Source of the DNA: an uncultured Bacteroidales bacterium
GTDB lineage: Bacteria; Bacteroidota; Bacteroidia; Bacteroidales; UBA932
Reading direction: 5' to 3'
Assembly: GCA_900318355.1 (NCBI GenBank)
Contig: ONKE01000050.1
Span: forward strand, 19,701 to 83,700
DNA: 64,000 nt
How positions within the stretch are numbered: the stretch's first letter is position 1; the number at the start of each line of letters is the position of its first letter. The notes below the pieces were generated by a model. It searched no databases, was not told where the DNA came from, and saw only the letters and a program-made list of their open reading frames with translations. Positions 1 through 11,370 of the stretch are shown here, in pieces. Position numbers and translations under genes: made by a program.

Positions 1-1387
1 AGGCAAGGTTGGAATAGAAATCTTCGTTCAGGTCGAACAGACGGACGATGCTGAGGCGGACCGGAGTCACCTGATAGACCAGATTCTTATGCCTTCCGGA
101 ATAGCTGTAGGAGGTGGAAATGATGTTGCGGGTGTATTCCGGGCGGTTCTGATAGTTGTACGAGGCCTTTATGTCGGTGTTGGGGATCGCTCCCTTGAAG
201 TATCTGTAGGGCAGGCCGAGGAAGCGCGGGAAGGAAATGCCGGCCGAAACGCCGAATTCGGTCGAACGGGCGGGGTCGTTGAACTTGAACTGGAAATTGC
301 CGCGGAAGCCCAGGTTGAGCTGCTCTCCCCCGTGGAAAATGTTTTTGTGATAATAATTTATCTCCGGCGCGATGCCGAACAGGCCGCTTGAGTTGGTCGA
401 ACCCTCGAGGTTGAACTTGAGCCCCTGAAGGCGTCCCTGGGTGAGATGGATGTTGCAGTCGACGGTGCTGGAGTCGGCGTCGTCGAGCTCCACGTTGACG
501 CTGCTCAGCACCCGGAGGGCTGACAGACGGGAATAGGTGTTGGATACGGCCGCTTCGCTGTAGGGGTCGCCCGGGCGGATGGTGGTCAGGTTGCGCAGAA
601 GCTTTTCCTTCAGATGGAGGCTTTCGGGGTAATAGAGGTCGACGGTTCCGAAGGTGTAGGGGCGCAGGACGCGGGATGCGGCGGGCGTCTCGTTTCGCGT
701 ATATTCCCGGATCCTCATTTTAAGCACGGCGGAATCGGGATAGGCCATGGTGTCGGCCTCGAAGGAATAGTAGTTTTTGTTAAGGCCGTAGTAGCCGAGC
801 TTTCTAAGGTGGGCCGAGGAGCGTTCGCTTTCTGCCTCGAGGGAGGCCTCGGAAAGCGGATTGCCCGGATGGACGGTCACGGAAGCGGTGTCGGCATAGA
901 AATCCTCGGCGACGCTCCCCCGCTCGGGGACTTCGTAACTAATCGATTTTATCGGATATTGCTTTCCGAGCTCGACATCATACCGGACCTTGACCTTCCG
1001 GCGCTTGACGTCGATGAAGGGACGGACTTTGGAATTGTAGTAGCCAAGGTATTCAAGATGGTTGACAAGGTTGTCGACCGAAGCGTTGAGAAGGTCGGGA
1101 TCGTAGACGACCGGCGCGACGCCGAGCTTGTGGACAAAGCGGCCCCAGCCGGTATTATTGTCCCTGTCGGCCCAGTTGTAGACCCACAGGAGGGCGCTCC
1201 AATCCTCGGCGCGCTGCTTCAGGCAGGGATCCAACTGCGAAGTCTTGAACTTCTTGTTGCCGACCACTTTCACCTTTGTTTTTGCCAGGCGGTACTCTCC
1301 GGGAGCCAGCACGCGCGTGGTGCTGCAACCGGCGAAGACGGCCGCGCACAGCGCAATGGGCAGAAGCATATGGAGAAAGCGTCGCAT
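1..1387 (-). CDS. BamA/TamA (Omp85) family outer-membrane protein, 5' part only (C-terminus lies left of the window)
   Basis: Not in the ORF track because it runs off the edge. My manual minus-strand translation from the ATG at 1387 gives MRRFLHMLLPIALCAAVFAGC (lipoprotein-type signal). POTRA-like segments follow, then ...GLFGIAPEINYYHKNIFHGGEQLNLGFRGNFQF..., which resembles the start of an Omp85 barrel. The frame stays open to position 1. Confidence 0.6.
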   Translation of the reverse strand, partial: MRRFLHMLLPIALCAAVFAGCSTTRVLAPGEYRLAKTKVKVVGNKKFKTSQLDPCLKQRAEDWSALLWVYNWADRDNNTGWGRFVHKLGVAPVVYDPDLLNASVDNLVNHLEYLGYYNSKVRPFIDVKRRKVKVRYDVELGKQYPIKSISYEVPERGSVAEDFYADTASVTVHPGNPLSEASLEAESERSSAHLRKLGYYGLNKNYYSFEADTMAYPDSAVLKMRIREYTRNETPAASRVLRPYTFGTVDLYYPESLHLKEKLLRNLTTIRPGDPYSEAAVSNTYSRLSALRVLSSVNVELDDADSSTVDCNIHLTQGRLQGLKFNLEGSTNSSGLFGIAPEINYYHKNIFHGGEQLNLGFRGNFQFKFNDPARSTEFGVSAGISFPRFLGLPYRYFKGAIPNTDIKASYNYQNRPEYTRNIISTSYSYSGRHKNLVYQVTPVRLSIVRLFDLNEDFYSNLA

Positions 1388-1396
1388 AAATTCAGG

Positions 1397-1404
1397 CAAA
1401 AATA
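1397..1404 (-). promoter_or_regulatory. putative Bacteroidota -7 promoter box (TATTTTTG on the minus strand) for the Omp85-like gene
   Basis: Exact TAnnTTTG match; 9 nt separate the box from the ATG at 1387. Confidence 0.4.
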
Positions 1405-1446
1405 CCGATTTCGCAAGAGAATCTCAAATTTTTGTGAGACAATTAT

Positions 1447-1454
1447 TATATTTG
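1447..1454 (+). promoter_or_regulatory. putative -7 promoter box TATATTTG for the trmH-like gene
   Basis: Exact TAnnTTTG match 24 nt upstream of the ATG at 1479, in a divergent intergenic region. Confidence 0.45.
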
Positions 1455-1478
1455 TCAGACGAAGATGAATCGGACCAT

Positions 1479-2213
1479 ATGATTTCCAAAGAGCAAATTC
1501 GACGGGTAAGGGCCCTTCACGAAAGGAAAGGGCGGCTGGAAAGCGGTTGTTTTCTGGTCGAAGGAGAGAAAATGGTGGCGGAAGCCGTCGCCTCTGGATT
1601 CACCGTGGAGGCCGTCTGGCGCCGCGATGAAATCGGAGACGAGGCCATGTCCCGGATCAGCCTCCTGAAGAGTCCCCCGCCGGTCCTCGCCGTCGTAAGG
1701 CAGCAGCCTGAAACCGGCTTTTCCATGCCGCGCAGCGGCCTTTTCCTGGCCCTCGACGGTATTCGCGACCCCGGCAACCTCGGCACCCTGCTGCGCATCG
1801 CCGACTGGTTCGGCCTGGATGGCGTTTTCGCCTCCGACGACACCGTGGAAAGGTATAATCCCAAGGTGGTCCAGGCCACCATGGGCGCCCTTTTCCGCAT
1901 GCCGTTCCACACAGCCTCCATCCCCGGGCTCTGCAAGGATTTCCGCCTTGCCGGCGGACATGTCTACGGCACTTTCCTCGACGGCGTCAACCTCTACGAC
2001 AGGCCCCTTGAAACGGGTTCCGACTCCCCTTCGCTCATCATTATCGGCAACGAAGCCAACGGCATCAGCCCCGAAGTCTCGGCCGAGGTGAGCGACAGGC
2101 TCCTCATCCCTCCGTTCCCGCAAGGGCGCCACGGCTCGGAGTCGCTCAACGCCGCCGCAGCTGCCGCGATCGTCATATCAGAATTCAGAAGAAGAAGCCT
2201 CAGCACCATATGA
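1479..2213 (+). CDS. TrmH/SpoU family RNA 2'-O-methyltransferase (RlmB-like)
   Basis: Internal ATG of ORF 1245..2213 (MISKEQIRRVRALHERKG...). SpoU motifs seen: GIRDPGNLGTLLR, IIGNEANGIS, SLNAAAAAAIV. The part of the track ORF upstream of this ATG overlaps the divergent gene and promoter. Confidence 0.85.
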   Translation: MISKEQIRRVRALHERKGRLESGCFLVEGEKMVAEAVASGFTVEAVWRRDEIGDEAMSRISLLKSPPPVLAVVRQQPETGFSMPRSGLFLALDGIRDPGNLGTLLRIADWFGLDGVFASDDTVERYNPKVVQATMGALFRMPFHTASIPGLCKDFRLAGGHVYGTFLDGVNLYDRPLETGSDSPSLIIIGNEANGISPEVSAEVSDRLLIPPFPQGRHGSESLNAAAAAAIVISEFRRRSLSTI

Positions 2214-5164
2214 GAAGCGTAAACATCGAAGACTACTCGAGCCTCGCCTACGAAGGGCTCATGCGAGAGCGAATCAGCCGCATATTGATGATTTGCAGTA
2301 ACTACGACGCTTTCATCATGGAGGAAGACGGCCAGATCGAAGGAAAGATCAACCGCGAATACATGGAGCTCAACCTCTCCGACGCGCCTTCTTTCATCTG
2401 GACTCCCACTTCCGAGTCGGCCCGCGCAATCATCGAAAAAGACCCGGACATAGACCTCGTCATCTGCATGTTCAATATCAGTGACGAAGGCATCTTCCCT
2501 CTGGCATCGTCGCTTAAGGCGGAGGGCCGCAACATCCCCTTTGTCCTGCTGATGCACTATTCCCGCGAAATCCGGCGTCTGGTAACTTCCGAGCAGGCCG
2601 CGGCCGTGGACTACGTATTCAGCTGGCACGGCAACGCCGAGCTCATCCTGGCCATAGTCAAGCTGCTGGAAGACAAGATGAACGCTGAGCAGGATATCCT
2701 CGGAGCCGGGGTGCAGGCCCTGCTGCTGGTCGAAGACGGCATACGCTACTATTCCACCTATCTTCCCGAGCTGTACAAACTGGTGCTGACCCAAAGCAAC
2801 GAATTCCTGCGGGAAGCCCTCAATGAAGACCAGCAGCGCAACCGCAAGCGCTCCAGGCCGAAGGTCCTGCTCGCCACAAGCTACGAGGAAGCAATCTCAA
2901 CCTACGACCGTTACAAGGGCCATTTCCTCGGTATCATCACCGATATCGGCATGGTCGTCCACAAGGGCGACGACCCCAAGACGGAAAAGCTCGACGCCGG
3001 CATCGACCTTGTCCGCTACATTCGTCAGGACAACCCTCTGATTTCCGTGCTCATGCAGTCGTCCCAGGGCAATCTGGAGACTGTGGCCCACGAGATAGGC
3101 GTCGGCTTCGTCAAGAAATATTCACGCACGCTCTTCACCCAGCTCTCCGACTTCATCCGCGATGAATTCGGCTTCGGCGACTTCGTCTTCCGCGACCGCA
3201 GCGGCCACGAATACGGCCGCGCCAACAGCCTGAACGAACTTGCAGCAATGCTTGACAATATACCAGACAACATATTGATGAGCAAGACTTCACGCAATAT
3301 GTTCTCCAAGTGGTTCTTTGCCCGCGGGCTCTTCACCCTGGGAGCCAATACCGGCAGGGAACACCACCCTACCGCCGACGGCGTGCGCGAGTTCATCAAA
3401 GACCAGATCCGCCTCTACCAAAAGGCCCTCGGACGCGGGGTGATCGCCGAGTTTGAAGACGACCAGTACAAGCGCTACATCTCCTTCGCACGCGTCGGCG
3501 ACGGTTCCCTCGGAGGCAAGGCCCGCGGTCTGGCTTTCCTTAACAAGCTGGTGGAGAAGCACTCGCTGACCGCAGCCTACGACAACATGTCCATTTCCAT
3601 TCCCCGGAGCATCGTCATCGCCACCGACTGGTTCGACAGGTTCATCGAGGAAAACGGCCTGCAATACATCATAGACTCGGAACTCTCCGACGACGAGATC
3701 CTTTCCGAATTCGTGGCCTCGCGTCTCCCGGAAGAGCTTATCGGCCACCTGCGCACATATCTTGAGACCGTCACCACCCCGCTCGCCATCCGTTCTTCAT
3801 CTAAGCTCGAAGACAGCAACTACCAGCCTTTCGCCGGCGTCTACTCGACCTACATGATTCCGCTCACGGAAAACCGCGAACAGATGCTGCGCATGCTCGA
3901 CAAGGCGATCAAGAGCGTCTACGCCTCGGCCTACTACATCGGCAGCCGCACCTACATCCAGTCCACCGGCAACCTCCAGAGCGAGGAGAAGATGGCGGTC
4001 ATAGTCCAGAACATCTGCGGCGCACGCCACGGCGGGCTCTACTATCCGCTGCTGTCGGGCGTGGCCAGAAGCGTCAACTTCTATCCGCTCGGCAACGAAA
4101 AGCCGCAAGACGGCATCGTAAACATGGTTTTCGGACTCGGAAAGTCGGTCGTGGACGGCGGACGCACGCTGCGGTTCAGCCCGAGATTTCCGCGCAAAAT
4201 CCTGCAGCTGTCCCAGCCCGAACTGGCCCTGCGCGATACCCAGAACATGCTTTTCGCCCTCGACCTTCGCCCCGGCGCATTCAAGATTTCCCGCAACGAA
4301 GGCATTAACTTCGCCTATCTTCCGGTCGCGGACGTGATTCCGGATTTCAACCATCCGGAACTGGTGTTTTCCACCTTCGACCGCAGCGACGGCCGCATGC
4401 TCCCCGGCGTAAAGGCCAACGGCCCGCGGATCGTTTCCTACGAGGCGATATTGAAATACGGCCAGTATCCCCTGGCGAAATGCATCCAGGACATCCTGTC
4501 TATATGCAGGGAAGAACTGCAATGCGACGTCGAGATCGAATTCGCCGCTGAAAGCACGCCTGAGGGCACCCTGTCGCTGAAACTCCTCCAGATAAGGCCC
4601 ATCAGCCAGCACTCGGTGACCAGCCCAGATGAAGGCCGCCTGCTTCGCGAAAAGATAAGCAATCTTCTCCTCAAGACGGAAAAGGCCCTCGGCGCCGGTT
4701 CGTTCACCGACATACGCCACATCCTCTGGGTCAGCCCCGACCGTTTCGACGGGCTCCATTCCGTTGAAGCGGCGCGTGAGGTGGCCGAGTTCAACCAGAT
4801 GATGCGCAAGGAGAAAATGCCATATCTGCTCATCGGCCCGGGAAGGTGGGGCTCCTCGGATCCCAACCTCGGCATCCCGGTAGTGTGGAGCGATATTTCG
4901 GAGGCGAAGATGATAGCCGAATACAGCATCCGCGGCTTCCAGATCGAGCCCAGCCAGGGCACGCATTTCTTCCAGAACATAACCTCGCTGGGAATCGGAT
5001 ATCTGTCGCTTGATACGGTCCGCGACCCCGACGCTATCGATTTCAACCTGCTTTCGTCCCTAAAGGCCGTCCGTACAGGCGAATATGCCCAGATCCTCGA
5101 ACTGCCTGCCGACCTGACCGCCTTCATCGATCCCAACACATCGGAAGGCTTTGCAGGATGGTGA
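2210..5164 (+). CDS. PEP/pyruvate-binding (PPDK N-terminal, ATP-grasp-like) domain protein with N-terminal receiver-like domains
   Basis: 984-aa ORF with an ATGA overlap onto the upstream stop. Two CheY-like segments (RILMICSNYD..., ALLLVEDGIRYY...GIITDIGMV). Central GDGSLGGKARGLAFLNKL motif typical of PEP/pyruvate-binding domains. C-terminal LLIGPGRWGSSDPNLGIPV. Confidence 0.75.
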   Translation: MRSVNIEDYSSLAYEGLMRERISRILMICSNYDAFIMEEDGQIEGKINREYMELNLSDAPSFIWTPTSESARAIIEKDPDIDLVICMFNISDEGIFPLASSLKAEGRNIPFVLLMHYSREIRRLVTSEQAAAVDYVFSWHGNAELILAIVKLLEDKMNAEQDILGAGVQALLLVEDGIRYYSTYLPELYKLVLTQSNEFLREALNEDQQRNRKRSRPKVLLATSYEEAISTYDRYKGHFLGIITDIGMVVHKGDDPKTEKLDAGIDLVRYIRQDNPLISVLMQSSQGNLETVAHEIGVGFVKKYSRTLFTQLSDFIRDEFGFGDFVFRDRSGHEYGRANSLNELAAMLDNIPDNILMSKTSRNMFSKWFFARGLFTLGANTGREHHPTADGVREFIKDQIRLYQKALGRGVIAEFEDDQYKRYISFARVGDGSLGGKARGLAFLNKLVEKHSLTAAYDNMSISIPRSIVIATDWFDRFIEENGLQYIIDSELSDDEILSEFVASRLPEELIGHLRTYLETVTTPLAIRSSSKLEDSNYQPFAGVYSTYMIPLTENREQMLRMLDKAIKSVYASAYYIGSRTYIQSTGNLQSEEKMAVIVQNICGARHGGLYYPLLSGVARSVNFYPLGNEKPQDGIVNMVFGLGKSVVDGGRTLRFSPRFPRKILQLSQPELALRDTQNMLFALDLRPGAFKISRNEGINFAYLPVADVIPDFNHPELVFSTFDRSDGRMLPGVKANGPRIVSYEAILKYGQYPLAKCIQDILSICREELQCDVEIEFAAESTPEGTLSLKLLQIRPISQHSVTSPDEGRLLREKISNLLLKTEKALGAGSFTDIRHILWVSPDRFDGLHSVEAAREVAEFNQMMRKEKMPYLLIGPGRWGSSDPNLGIPVVWSDISEAKMIAEYSIRGFQIEPSQGTHFFQNITSLGIGYLSLDTVRDPDAIDFNLLSSLKAVRTGEYAQILELPADLTAFIDPNTSEGFAGW

Positions 5165-5174
5165 CAAGATAAAC

Positions 5175-6761
5175 TTATATCAGCCTCACGATAGTTGCGT
5201 CGAACGGAGCGACCGTTACGGCGAGCGAACGCGGAGTCTGCGCGGGAAGATTCAGCCACTCCAGGGCATGGTCCGGGATGTGGACCGTCGACGTGGAAGT
5301 GGACGAAGAAAAATTGCAGAAAACAAGAAGCGCCCTCCCGCCAAAAGCGCGCAGGAAGGCAAAATGCCGGTCGGAGTCGAAGCCCGGCGAAGAGGCATTG
5401 CAATAGCACAGGTCGTAGCTTTGCCCGGCCGAAAACACGGGGTCGTTCGCCCTTAGGCGTATCAGGCTGCAGAAGCGTTCCCAGAAAGGCTTTTCCTCAC
5501 GGGTAAGGCCCTCTTCACCATGAATCTGGCGATAGAGGCGCCGCAGCGAAGCAACACTCCACCAGTCGAAAATGGTGGTCCGGCCATCCGGGCCGCTTAG
5601 CCCCTCGGCGTCCATGCCTCGCTCTCCCGCCTCCTCTCCGAAATAGACCATGAAGGACTCGGGGCCGAAAAGGAGACTGGAATAGAGGGCTGCCCAGGTG
5701 TTGCCGGCCGAGCGGCCGAAGAAGTCCGAGGCAAAGCGCTGTTCGTCATGGTTTTCCAGGAAGTTGAGAAGATTGGCCTGCAAGTCGCCTTCTTCCTGCC
5801 AGTTCCACGTGATGCGTCGGGCGGACTGCCATGGCTCCAGAGGAGTGCCGTCGTCGGATACATTCTTTTCCACGATCGCCCTTAAGGCATCGTACAGGCC
5901 GGATTTGTCGTAGAGCAAGTCGAATCCGACTTCGCGGATATAGGCCCGGTAACGCTCTTTCTGATAGACTTCGGCAATGAAGACAATACCGGGGAAACGG
6001 GCTTTTACCTGAGCAATCAACCAGGTGAAAAAGGCCTCGGGCACAAGTTCCACCATGTCGCAGCGGAAACCGTCCACTCCAAGCCCGGCCCAGAACAGGA
6101 CGGCGTCCAGCATTTTGTCCCACGTCGGGGTGTGGAAGTCGCAGTAGTTCAGCTTGATGGTTTCGTACCAGTCGTGGATGCCGGGAAAAGGGGAAAAACA
6201 GTTGCCAGTGGCCCTTGCCGGGTCTTCGACATAGTTCGAGGGCACCGGGAGCCTGAGCGGCTGACCGGGATAATAGAAGAAGTCGTTGCCGGGAGCCCAA
6301 TGAACGGACCTGTCGTCCGAAGCACCCAGCACAGGATGCGTCCCGTCGCTGTGGCGGCCATAGTCGCGTGCAACGTGGTTGGGGACGAAATCGATTATGA
6401 CCTTGAGCCCGGCCGCATGAGTCCTTTCCACCAGCGCGCGGAACTCTTCCATCCGGCGGTCGGGATTGTCGGCCAGATAGGGGTTGACGTCGTAATAGTC
6501 GGTTATGGCGTAGGGTGAACCGGCTTCGCCCTTGACCCAGGACGGGTCGGAAGGCGTGCAGCCGCGGGTGGCGCAGCATGTCGCATGGCGGATGACTCCC
6601 GTGTACCAGACATGGGTGAAACCCGTGTCTTTCAGATACTTCAAGGAGACCCCGTCTACCGAGGAGAAGGTGCCGCAACCGTTGCGTTCGACCTTTCCTC
6701 CCTTGACAGGGTCTTCTACGGGATTGCCCCACAGACGGGGCAACAACTGATAAATAAGCAT
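5175..6761 (-). CDS. alpha-amylase family glycoside hydrolase (GH13), cytoplasmic
   Basis: 528-aa ORF without a signal peptide. GH13 conserved regions seen: DFVPNHVA, GFRCDMVELV, FIAEVY, FLENHDEQR. Confidence 0.85.
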   Translation of the reverse strand: MLIYQLLPRLWGNPVEDPVKGGKVERNGCGTFSSVDGVSLKYLKDTGFTHVWYTGVIRHATCCATRGCTPSDPSWVKGEAGSPYAITDYYDVNPYLADNPDRRMEEFRALVERTHAAGLKVIIDFVPNHVARDYGRHSDGTHPVLGASDDRSVHWAPGNDFFYYPGQPLRLPVPSNYVEDPARATGNCFSPFPGIHDWYETIKLNYCDFHTPTWDKMLDAVLFWAGLGVDGFRCDMVELVPEAFFTWLIAQVKARFPGIVFIAEVYQKERYRAYIREVGFDLLYDKSGLYDALRAIVEKNVSDDGTPLEPWQSARRITWNWQEEGDLQANLLNFLENHDEQRFASDFFGRSAGNTWAALYSSLLFGPESFMVYFGEEAGERGMDAEGLSGPDGRTTIFDWWSVASLRRLYRQIHGEEGLTREEKPFWERFCSLIRLRANDPVFSAGQSYDLCYCNASSPGFDSDRHFAFLRAFGGRALLVFCNFSSSTSTSTVHIPDHALEWLNLPAQTPRSLAVTVAPFDATIVRLI

Positions 6762-6834
6762 TATAATCCGCCTGTTTCCCGCTATCCAAAGTTTAGCCGG
6801 CAGCCGTTACGCTACCGGCTAAACCGGTTTCAAT

Positions 6835-8064
6835 CTACCAGTTCAAGATTTTCTTGAAGTCGTATGCCTCCGGATTCGGGACGTACTTCTTCGCGGCCTC
6901 GTAGTCGGCCGGAGTGATGAAGTGGCAGAGATGGTTGTAGTAGTTCTGGGCGGTACCGCCGTCGATGGCGACGCGGCGCGGAGGGATCTTGCCGTCGGCC
7001 TGCTGGAGGTCTTTCAGGTAGAGCGGATGGACGTTGCCGGCGGTGTCGACATAGACCATGCAGCCGGTCTCGCCCTTGACAAAGAGCTCGTAAACGCCCA
7101 TGGCCAGCTCGGAGCAATAGGTCAGGTCGTAGGCGATAGGGTCCTGGCAGCGGACATCGTAGCCGATTTCGACCGGACGGGTCTTGACCTTCATGCCCAG
7201 GGCCTTGAACTGCTTATCGAGGATGTCGTTGAAGAGGACGGCCTTGGAGATCTTGCCGAGCTCGGGGTGGCCGTGCTCGTCGTAGGTCATGCTGACGCCG
7301 GCGTTCTTGATTTCCTGAGGGTCGAGGTCGTGGAAAACGCCTTCGGCGACAACCACGGTGCCGTAGCCGATACCGAGGATCTTGCGCTTGATGATGGCCG
7401 ACAGGGCCAGGTTGACGATCTTGTCGAGGCTGATGGCGGTCTTGTTGAACATCTCGGGGATGATGGTCATCGGGCAGTGAGTAGCCTCGCCGATACCCAG
7501 GGCGAGGTGGCCGGCGCTGCGACCCATGGCGCTGATGATGAGCCAGTTGCCGCTGGTGCGGGCATCTTCATAGACAGTCCTGGCGACGTGGGCGCCTTCG
7601 TCCTTTGCGGAGTTGAAACCGAAGGTCGGGGCATTGTCCGGCAGGGGAAGGTCGTTGTCGATGGTCTTGGGGACGTGGATATTGTGGATCGGGTAGTGCT
7701 TGGCTTCCAGGAATTTGGCGATACGGTTGGCCGTGGAGGCAGTGTCGTCGCCGCCGACGGTCACGAGGAGCTTGATGTTGTTGTCCTGGAAGAGGCCAAG
7801 ATTGAAATTGTTTTCAAAATCGGCGTCAGTGGGCTTGAAACGGCTCATCTGGAGATACGAACCGCCCCTGTTGAAATAGGCGTCCGCCTTGAAGAAGTCG
7901 ATGTCCTCGATGCGGGGAGACTGGCTGAAAAGGCCGCTGTAGCCACCGTGAAGGCCGATGACGCGGTAACCATTGGAGAGGAAGGTCTTCGCAACCGAGA
8001 AGACCACGGTGTTCATGCCCGGAGCAGGGCCGCCGCCGCAGAGGATGATAATGGAATCTTTCAT
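6835..8064 (-). CDS. 6-phosphofructokinase, predicted pyrophosphate-dependent type
   Basis: 409-aa ORF starting MKDSIIILCGGGPAPGMN. PFK motifs GGDDT, PKTIDND and MGR are present. Asp in GGDDT and Lys in PKTIDND are the residues associated with PPi rather than ATP use. Confidence 0.85.
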   Translation of the reverse strand: MKDSIIILCGGGPAPGMNTVVFSVAKTFLSNGYRVIGLHGGYSGLFSQSPRIEDIDFFKADAYFNRGGSYLQMSRFKPTDADFENNFNLGLFQDNNIKLLVTVGGDDTASTANRIAKFLEAKHYPIHNIHVPKTIDNDLPLPDNAPTFGFNSAKDEGAHVARTVYEDARTSGNWLIISAMGRSAGHLALGIGEATHCPMTIIPEMFNKTAISLDKIVNLALSAIIKRKILGIGYGTVVVAEGVFHDLDPQEIKNAGVSMTYDEHGHPELGKISKAVLFNDILDKQFKALGMKVKTRPVEIGYDVRCQDPIAYDLTYCSELAMGVYELFVKGETGCMVYVDTAGNVHPLYLKDLQQADGKIPPRRVAIDGGTAQNYYNHLCHFITPADYEAAKKYVPNPEAYDFKKILNW

Positions 8065-8101
8065 TTTGGATATAAAGTTAAACTAATTGGTTTCCATCTT
8101 G

Positions 8102-8109
8102 CAAATTTA
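8102..8109 (-). promoter_or_regulatory. putative -7 promoter box (TAAATTTG on the minus strand) for the PFK gene
   Basis: Exact TAnnTTTG match about 38 nt upstream of the ATG at 8064. Confidence 0.4.
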
Positions 8110-8191
8110 GCATTTTCCCCGATAATCCGCAGCATTTTATGGCAATAAAAGCACACTGGATTTTATTTTCCATTTTTTGAATAAAAATGCC

Positions 8192-8199
8192 TATCTTTG
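8192..8199 (+). promoter_or_regulatory. putative -7 promoter box TATCTTTG for ligA
   Basis: Exact TAnnTTTG match 25 nt upstream of the ATG at 8225. Confidence 0.45.
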
Positions 8200-8203
8200 T
8201 TGA

Positions 8204-11366
<3,163 letters not shown>

Positions 11367-11370
<4 letters not shown>

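Noticed and set aside
614-1468. 284-aa plus-strand ORF, and also 89..391.
   Set aside because: It is antisense to the Omp85-like gene, which I could translate continuously on the minus strand from a lipoprotein signal peptide. The plus-strand products are G/V/A-rich nonsense.
3797-4966. 389-aa minus-strand ORF. A 323-aa minus-strand ORF at 4438..5409 overlaps it.
   Set aside because: Both are antisense to the 984-aa PEP-binding protein gene. Both are shadow ORFs with Arg/Ala/Gly-rich composition.
6792-6830. Hairpin tttagccgg/ccggctaaa (9 bp, 14-nt loop) plus the palindrome aaaccggttt, between the PFK and GH13 genes. I considered it as a terminator.
   Set aside because: On the transcribed (minus) strand it is followed by ctttgg rather than a U-tract, and the loop is large. 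It may be an RNA processing or stability element, but I cannot support a terminator call.
6922-8148. 408-aa plus-strand ORF.
   Set aside because: It is antisense to the phosphofructokinase gene, which has clear catalytic motifs. Its composition is V/G/D/A/E-rich with no motifs.
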